A DNA stretch of 64,000 nt from the NCBI GenBank assembly GCA_963841435.1, contig CAWJCS010000002.1:384001-448000 (forward strand), in the 5' to 3' direction. This stretch comes from an uncultured delta proteobacterium (GTDB lineage: Bacteria > Myxococcota_A > Polyangia > Polyangiales > Polyangiaceae). This document shows, piece after piece, positions 58,287-64,000 of the stretch (the stretch's first letter is position 1; every line of letters starts with the position of its first letter). The notes beneath the pieces are model-generated. The model ran no database searches. It saw only the letters and a list, made by a program, of their open reading frames with translations, and was not told where the DNA came from. The position numbers and the translations under genes were made by a program.

Positions 58287-60446
58287 GTGCGCAGCCGATC
58301 CCTACGAATTTCGTCCCACTCGCTCGCAATGGTTGCCCTCGTTCTGTGCGCGTGTGCGACCGACAGCGGTGAGCGCGGTGGCAGGTCGAGTGGTGGCATG
58401 GGCGCCACCACTGGGGGATCCGCAACGGGGGCCGTTGGCGGCACTTACGCGGGAACGGGAAACGCTGGCGGGGAAACCGGCGGCACGAGTGGTGTGTCCG
58501 CTGCCGGCACTGGCGGAGGGGGCCTGGTTGGCACCGGCGGGATATCTGCGGGCGGCAGCGGCGTGGGTGGTCTTGCAACGGGAGGGGTGTCTCCGACCGG
58601 GGGGGGCGGGACCGCCACCGGTGGGGCAGGCTCTTTCAGCGGTGGTATGGGGGGCAATGGCGGCTCGTCTGGAGGGCCTGGACCGAACGGACCCATCTAC
58701 GTTGCTCCCGAGGGAAACGACTCCAATCCTGGAACCCTCGACCAGCCGCTCAAGACGCTGGGGCGGGCACGAGACCTCGTGCGAACGATGACCGCCACCA
58801 TGACCGACGACATCTTGGTCTATCTGCGCGGTGGCACGTATCCCTTGACGGATACCCTGACCTTCTCGAACGCCGACTCGGGCCACGCTGGGTTCTACGT
58901 GAAGTACATGGCCTACGAGGGCGAACGGCCGCTCATCACGGGGGGCCGGCCGATCACGGGCTTCACGGTCTTTGACGCTGCCAACAACATCTACTCGGCG
59001 ACCGGCGTCTCGACGCCCTTTCGCCAACTTTACGTCAACGGCGTCAAAGCCGTCCGCGCTCGCAGCCCGAACCTGGCTTCGAACGGGGGACCGAACTTCA
59101 CCAAGGCCACGGGCTGGGACTCGGCGGCGCACAATTTCCAGGTATCGACCTCGGACGTTTCGGACTGGAACAACCTCACGAAGGTCGAGATGCACCTGAT
59201 GGTCCTTTGGGCGGACAACATCATGCGCCTCGCATCGGTCACGAAATCGGGCAACACGGCGTACATCACCGTTCAGAGCCCCGAGGACGGAATGATCTTC
59301 GAGAGGCCGAACCCCGCTTTCTTTCCGTCTTCGCTACGCTTTTACTTCGAGAACGCCCTCGAGTTTCTGGACCAGCCCGGCGAATGGTACCTCGACGAGA
59401 CTACGAACGTTCTCTACTACAAACCCAGGGCGACTGAAGACATGGCGACGGCCACGGTCGTCGCCCCGATGGTCGAGACCCTGCTCAGCGTGAACGGCGC
59501 GAGCACCTCGGATCAAGCAGGTTACCTCTGGTTCGAGGGCTTGACGTTTGCGCATTCGACCTACATGCGCCCGAGTCAATACGGCTTTTTGGATGCACAA
59601 GCCGGCCAATACAATCTGACGGCGCCATCCAACAACGAGCAGACCGTCGGTAGGCCCGCCGCGGGCGTCGTCGTCACCAACGCCAATCACATTCATTTCG
59701 AGGGCAATCTGTTCACCCAGATGGCGGCTACCGGCCTCGACTTCATCTCGGGAACCCATGACGACATGGTCATCGGCAATGCGTTCACGGACATCGGTGG
59801 CAGCGGCATCTCGATCGGCAAATTCACGGTCGATGAAAAGACCGAATACCACGTTGCGTACAACCCGACGGACAAGAACGACATCTGCACCCGCGACACG
59901 ATCAGGAGCAACTACATCGATCACGTGACCACCGAGATCCAGGGGGCCACGGGAATAGCCGCCGGCTACCCCGCGTACATCGACATCGAGCACAACGAGG
60001 TGAGCCACGTCAACTACTCCGGGATCTCCGTCGGGTACGGCTGGACCGCCGCGACCAATGCCATGACGAACAACAAGATCAACTTCAACGACATCCACCA
60101 CGTGTGCGAGATCCTCGGTGATTGCGGCTCGATCTACACGTTGTCGAATCAAATGCCCGCCTCGGAAATGCTCAACAACTACTGCCATGACTTCGCGACG
60201 AGCGCCTGGGCCGACTACAGCATCAACAACCTCTACATGGACGAGCAGACAGACGGGTACACCGTCGCGCACAACGTTCTTTTGAACTCGCCGAACATCG
60301 TCCATCAGAACAAGAACGGCCCGAACATGATCCTGATGGACAACGGACCCAATCCCACCGGGGCGGCGGAGACCATGTCATCGGCCGGCATCGAGCCCGC
60401 CTACGCGGACATCAAGAACCTAACGGTTCCCGCCGCGCAGTTCTGA
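58287..60446 (+). CDS. Lipoprotein with right-handed beta-helix, GH141-like glycoside hydrolase
   Basis: LVLCAC lipobox, Gly-rich linker, YVAPEGNDSNPGT.DQP.KT, YLRGGTY, FENALEFLDQPGEWY, DCGSIYTL, LYMDE; start approximate. Confidence 0.75.
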   Translation: MRSRSLRISSHSLAMVALVLCACATDSGERGGRSSGGMGATTGGSATGAVGGTYAGTGNAGGETGGTSGVSAAGTGGGGLVGTGGISAGGSGVGGLATGGVSPTGGGGTATGGAGSFSGGMGGNGGSSGGPGPNGPIYVAPEGNDSNPGTLDQPLKTLGRARDLVRTMTATMTDDILVYLRGGTYPLTDTLTFSNADSGHAGFYVKYMAYEGERPLITGGRPITGFTVFDAANNIYSATGVSTPFRQLYVNGVKAVRARSPNLASNGGPNFTKATGWDSAAHNFQVSTSDVSDWNNLTKVEMHLMVLWADNIMRLASVTKSGNTAYITVQSPEDGMIFERPNPAFFPSSLRFYFENALEFLDQPGEWYLDETTNVLYYKPRATEDMATATVVAPMVETLLSVNGASTSDQAGYLWFEGLTFAHSTYMRPSQYGFLDAQAGQYNLTAPSNNEQTVGRPAAGVVVTNANHIHFEGNLFTQMAATGLDFISGTHDDMVIGNAFTDIGGSGISIGKFTVDEKTEYHVAYNPTDKNDICTRDTIRSNYIDHVTTEIQGATGIAAGYPAYIDIEHNEVSHVNYSGISVGYGWTAATNAMTNNKINFNDIHHVCEILGDCGSIYTLSNQMPASEMLNNYCHDFATSAWADYSINNLYMDEQTDGYTVAHNVLLNSPNIVHQNKNGPNMILMDNGPNPTGAAETMSSAGIEPAYADIKNLTVPAAQF

Positions 60447-60554
60447 CGCGCCGCCGTCAGGCCCCCTCGGCGTCGCAGCGTAGGTGTCCGTCCGCCCGAG
60501 CGCACCCTCTGACGGCGCCCCTGCGCGGGGCTGGGCGCGGCAGACTCGGCGGCG

Positions 60555-60890
60555 ATGGCACGCTGGACGGCGGACGAGGCAGGAGAGATTTTGTCGCGAT
60601 GGCGGGCGAGCGGGAAATCGGCTCGGTCGTACGGACGTGAGCACGGCATCGACCCGCAGCGGCTGCATTTCTGGCAGCGTCGGCTCGGAGCGGGGACGAA
60701 GCGCGGACGAAAGTCGGTTGACGGCGCGATCTCGCGTCTCGTTCCGGCCGTGGTGCGGATCGAGTCTGGCGCCAGGGCCGAGCACCCGGTCGTGGTGCGT
60801 CTGCCGGGTGGGGTGGCGGTCGAGCTGGATCCAGGGCGGGTGCCGCCGTCGTGGGTGGTGGCGCTCGTGGGCGAGCTGGTGAGGCAGTAG
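60555..60890 (+). CDS. tnpA: IS66 accessory protein TnpA
   Basis: WRASGKSARSYGREHGI...LHFWQRRL HTH; VRLPGGVAVEL. Confidence 0.85.
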   Translation: MARWTADEAGEILSRWRASGKSARSYGREHGIDPQRLHFWQRRLGAGTKRGRKSVDGAISRLVPAVVRIESGARAEHPVVVRLPGGVAVELDPGRVPPSWVVALVGELVRQ

Positions 60891-60894
60891 GCCC

Positions 60895-61275
60895 GTGTTG
60901 CTTCTGCCGCGCGCGGTGCGCGTATACGTGGGGACGGAGCCGGTGAACTTGAGGAAGTCATTCGACGGCTTGTCGAACGAGGTGCGCGAGGTGCTGCGGC
61001 GCGACCCGCTGAGCGGGCACGTCTTCGTGTTTCTGAACCGACGGCGCACGATGGTGAAGCTTTTGTTGTGGACTCGCGGCGGCTTCACGATTGTGCACAA
61101 GCGGCTCGAGCAGGGGCGTTTCACGTTTGCGAAGAGGATGACGAGCGAGGCGAAGAGCGTGGAGCTCGACGTGCACGAGCTCTCGATGCTGCTCGAGGGC
61201 ATCGACGCCCGGGTGGTGCACGCGCAGAAGCGCTGGGAGCCGCCGCTGCACGCTCGGGCATCTGCGTCCGGGTGA
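60895..61275 (+). CDS. tnpB: IS66 accessory protein TnpB
   Basis: PVNLRKSFDGL, DPLSGHVFVFLNRRRTMVKLL, KRLEQGRF, LLEGID. Confidence 0.95.
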   Translation: MLLLPRAVRVYVGTEPVNLRKSFDGLSNEVREVLRRDPLSGHVFVFLNRRRTMVKLLLWTRGGFTIVHKRLEQGRFTFAKRMTSEAKSVELDVHELSMLLEGIDARVVHAQKRWEPPLHARASASG

Positions 61276-61347
61276 CGCTACGTGATCCCACGTGACACCC
61301 TGCGATTGTGCTTGGCACTGGCGATCGCGATGAAATAGAAAGCGTGG

Positions 61348-62994
61348 GTGGCCGGAGCGTCGAAGAGCACTAGCGAGCGACGAGGGGCGGTGCTCGACGT
61401 GCTCAAGGAGCTGCTCTCCGAGGGACGCAACGACGAGGTGCTCGCGGTGGTGGAGAAGCTCGTGGCGCGCAATAGCGAGCTCGAGCAGCGGCTTGCCGAG
61501 ATCGCGTCGCGCCGCAAGAAGAACGAGAGCGTGCCGAAGGCGCAGCTGCTGTTGTTTCTCGACGCACTCGCTACGGCGGCGGAGAGCGAGAGCGGGACGG
61601 ACGAGGAGCGGGACGAAGCGAACCGAAGGCTCCGCAGTGCTGCCGGCATCGACGACGGGGCAAAGGAGGACCCGGAGACGAAGGAAACGAAGGAGCCCAA
61701 GAAGCAGCCGCCGCTGCGGAAGGCGCCGCCGCCGGAGCTGCGACGTATCGAGAACCTGCTCCGCGTGCCCGACGCCGAGCGACCCTGCCCGGTCTGCGGA
61801 GCCGAGCGGGAGTGCATCGGCCACGACGTGACGGAAGTCATCGAGCTCATCCCGGCAGAGGTCGTGGTGCGGCGCGACGCTCGCGAGAAGCTTGCGTGCA
61901 AGCGGTGCGAGGGCGAGCTCGTGCGAGCACCGCCGGGCGACAAGGTCGTCTCGGGCGGCAAGCTCGGCGCGAGACTCGTCGCCCAGCTCTTGGTGGACAA
62001 GTATTGGGATGGCCTGCCGCTGCACCGTCAGAGGCAGCGTTTCGAGAGAATGGGGCTCGACATCAGCGTCTCGACGCTCGCCGACCAGGTGACGTGGGCG
62101 ACGGACTTGCTCCGACCGCTCTGGCGCGCGGCCATCGCGAACGTCTTGATGTCGGTCGTGATGCACCTGGACGGCACGAGCCTGCCAGTGCTCGATCGGG
62201 ACGCGCCTGGCGGCAAGAAGCTCGGAACGCTCTGGGGTTACGTGGGCGACCAAGAGACGGCGCTCTACCTCTACGCCTCGACCGGCAAAAAGACGGGGCA
62301 GAAAAAGGGTGAGCTTGGGCCGGAAGACGTGCTCAAGCTCCGAAACGGCTACACGGTGGCCGACGCGGCCGGCGTTTTCGATGCGAGCTTCAAGCGCGAG
62401 ACGCTCATCGAGTGCGGCTGCAACATGCACGCTCGCCGCTACTTCTTCGAGGCGCTCGACGGCGGTGACAAGCGCGCGGCGCTGCCGATCGCCGCGTACA
62501 AGAAGCTTTACGAAATCGAGGCGGGGACGAAGGACGCGACGCCGGAGGCCCGGCTCGTCGAGCGGCAGGCACGGAGCAAGCCGGTCTTCGACGAGCTCGT
62601 CGCCTGGGCGAACGTCCACGAACCGCACGAACCACCGAGCTCGCCGATGGGCACGGCGATCCGCTACCTCCAAAACCACCACGTCGCGCTCGGTCGGTTT
62701 CTCGAAGACGGTGTGATCCCCATCGACAACGGCGTCGTCGAACGCCTGCACGTCCGCGCGGCACTCACGCGCAAGAACTTTCTCTTCGCCGGCTCCGACG
62801 CCGGCGGCGAACGAGCTGCGATCGCCTACACCATCCTCGGCTGCTCGGCGCTCGCCGAGATCGACCCCGTCGAGTACCTCGCCGACGTGCTGCCGCGCCT
62901 CGCCCGCCGTATGCGTCTCAAGGATCTGCCGGATTTGCTGCCGGCGCCGTGGCAGGTGGCGCGCGCGGCGGCGCCGCCTTCCGCCGCCGAATAG
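61348..62994 (+). CDS. tnpC: IS66 DDE transposase TnpC
   Basis: CPVCG and CKRC zinc finger, LPLHRQ, HLDGT, CNMHARRYF, IDNGVVER, RKNFLFAGS. Confidence 0.95.
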   Translation: MAGASKSTSERRGAVLDVLKELLSEGRNDEVLAVVEKLVARNSELEQRLAEIASRRKKNESVPKAQLLLFLDALATAAESESGTDEERDEANRRLRSAAGIDDGAKEDPETKETKEPKKQPPLRKAPPPELRRIENLLRVPDAERPCPVCGAERECIGHDVTEVIELIPAEVVVRRDAREKLACKRCEGELVRAPPGDKVVSGGKLGARLVAQLLVDKYWDGLPLHRQRQRFERMGLDISVSTLADQVTWATDLLRPLWRAAIANVLMSVVMHLDGTSLPVLDRDAPGGKKLGTLWGYVGDQETALYLYASTGKKTGQKKGELGPEDVLKLRNGYTVADAAGVFDASFKRETLIECGCNMHARRYFFEALDGGDKRAALPIAAYKKLYEIEAGTKDATPEARLVERQARSKPVFDELVAWANVHEPHEPPSSPMGTAIRYLQNHHVALGRFLEDGVIPIDNGVVERLHVRAALTRKNFLFAGSDAGGERAAIAYTILGCSALAEIDPVEYLADVLPRLARRMRLKDLPDLLPAPWQVARAAAPPSAAE

Positions 62995-63083
62995 CCCGAC
63001 CGGCCACACCTCGGCGTCAACCCTCGCACCGGGTGCGGTCCGGCGGACGGACACCAGCGTAGCGGCTCGGGCTTGCGCCGCGA

Positions 63084-64000
63084 CTACCGCCGACTGCGCC
63101 GCCGGCGCGCGAAGAGCATGCCGAGCCCGGCCATCGCGACGAATGCCCACAGGCGGCCTTCGGCGGAGTGCCCTGCGATCCGGCAGCCGCAGCCGGCCGG
63201 CTCTTCCGGTGCGTTGGCTCCGGTCGCTGCGCCGCTGCCCGGCGCACCGCCAGTCCCTGAAGCGCCGGCCGACGTCGCGCCACCGGTGCCGCCCATCGCC
63301 GGCGTCGTGCCGCCCGTGGCACCGCTTCCGCCCGTGCCCGCTGACTGAGAACCGCCCGCAGCGGTGTCGCCCGCCGTGGAACCGCCGTTGCCGCTCGACC
63401 CGCCGGTGCTCATGCCGCCCGTCCCAGACGCGCCACCCGTGCTCATCATGCCGCCCGTCCCAGACGCGCCACCCGCGCCTGCGCCACCCGCGCCTGCGCC
63501 ACCCACGCTCGCACCACCGGAGCTCGCACCTGCATTCATCCCGCCAGCACCCGCGATTGCGCCAGTGCCGGCAGCACCCCCGCTCCCGGCGCCACCCGCG
63601 CCCGAAGCGCCGCCGCTGCTGGCACCGCCGGCCCCGCCCATGCCTCCGGTGCCCGAAGTGGTCATGAGCCCACAGGCGCCGGTCGGCTTGTCGAGACCGA
63701 GGAAGGTGACGACCTGACCGAACAAGTTCGCGCCGGTGAGGTCGTGACGCTGGCTGGTGGGACCGAGGTTCGTCTCCAGCCTCACGTTACCGTCAGTGTC
63801 CTTGTACACGGTGCGCGTCCAACCGCTCGGCGCCCCCGTGCCTGACATCCCCGCGCCGAGGTTGCTCAAGTTCTGGAACTGCGCGGCGACCGCGGGGAGC
63901 CAGCCGTTGAAGTTGTACTCGTCCCCACCGCCTACCCACTGCTGCGAGCACGGCCGCGTACCGTCCCAGGCAAAAACGTTGCGAGCCATGTCGCCCCAAT
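63084..64000 (-). CDS. MYXO-CTERM surface protein, C-terminal part; upstream domain resembles a PHB-depolymerase-like / CE1 esterase
   Basis: Long Gly-rich linker, GCGCRIAG...LWAFVAMAGLGMLFARRRR sorting signal; runs off the window edge. Confidence 0.8.
   Translation of the reverse strand, partial: WGDMARNVFAWDGTRPCSQQWVGGGDEYNFNGWLPAVAAQFQNLSNLGAGMSGTGAPSGWTRTVYKDTDGNVRLETNLGPTSQRHDLTGANLFGQVVTFLGLDKPTGACGLMTTSGTGGMGGAGGASSGGASGAGGAGSGGAAGTGAIAGAGGMNAGASSGGASVGGAGAGGAGAGGASGTGGMMSTGGASGTGGMSTGGSSGNGGSTAGDTAAGGSQSAGTGGSGATGGTTPAMGGTGGATSAGASGTGGAPGSGAATGANAPEEPAGCGCRIAGHSAEGRLWAFVAMAGLGMLFARRRRSRR

Larger units (their letters stand above)
60480..63058 (+). mobile_element. IS66-family insertion sequence
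   Basis: tnpA-tnpB-tnpC order; terminal inverted repeats GTAGGTGTCCGTCCGCC (60480-60496) and GGCGGACGGACACCAGC (63042-63058), 15/17 match; flanks GTCGCAGC and GTAGCGGC, 6/8 match. Confidence 0.9.

Noticed and set aside
63411-63505. Short tandem repeats in the MYXO-CTERM gene
   Set aside because: They encode the low-complexity Gly-rich linker that is common in these proteins

Overview
Very GC-rich DNA, most likely from a myxobacterium (Polyangiales/Sorangiineae-like). This rests on a MYXO-CTERM tail, lipoproteins with Gly-rich linkers and several Hanks-type Ser/Thr kinases. The first ~34 kb reads as one co-regulated unit. It holds a complete Tad/Flp pilus locus of the FHA-containing, Kil-like type (two Flp pilins, prepilin peptidase, three TadE/G-like pseudopilins, CpaB, secretin, two CpaF ATPases, TadB/TadC, TPR lipoprotein). 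Divergent from it is a ~2000-aa lipoprotein with teneurin architecture, ending in an RHS core and an HExxH toxin tip followed by a candidate immunity lipoprotein. The unit also has a putative protein-glycosylation cassette, three Ser/Thr kinases and a FliA/WhiG-family sigma factor. A bipartite motif, YGCAACG-N14-VCCGAW (N13 at one site), sits upstream of eight of these genes or operons. Its downstream box matches the sigma-28 -10 element, which suggests a non-flagellar sigma-28 regulon for a contact-dependent attack apparatus. A RAYT transposase with REP-like repeats interrupts the Tad locus. The right half has a metallopeptidase-like lipoprotein, a GT4/GH5 pair, a two-globin plus DUF4388-ParA operon, a scar of gene fragments, a 10-PAS hybrid kinase with an exact 1488-bp higher-order repeat plus partner regulators, two divergent STAS-like paralogs, a GH141-like enzyme, an IS66 element and a partial MYXO-CTERM protein. 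Seven genes or gene segments are broken by +1 frameshifts, probably sequencing errors. No rRNA, tRNA or CRISPR array was seen. Family assignments come from motif recognition by eye, not from database searches.
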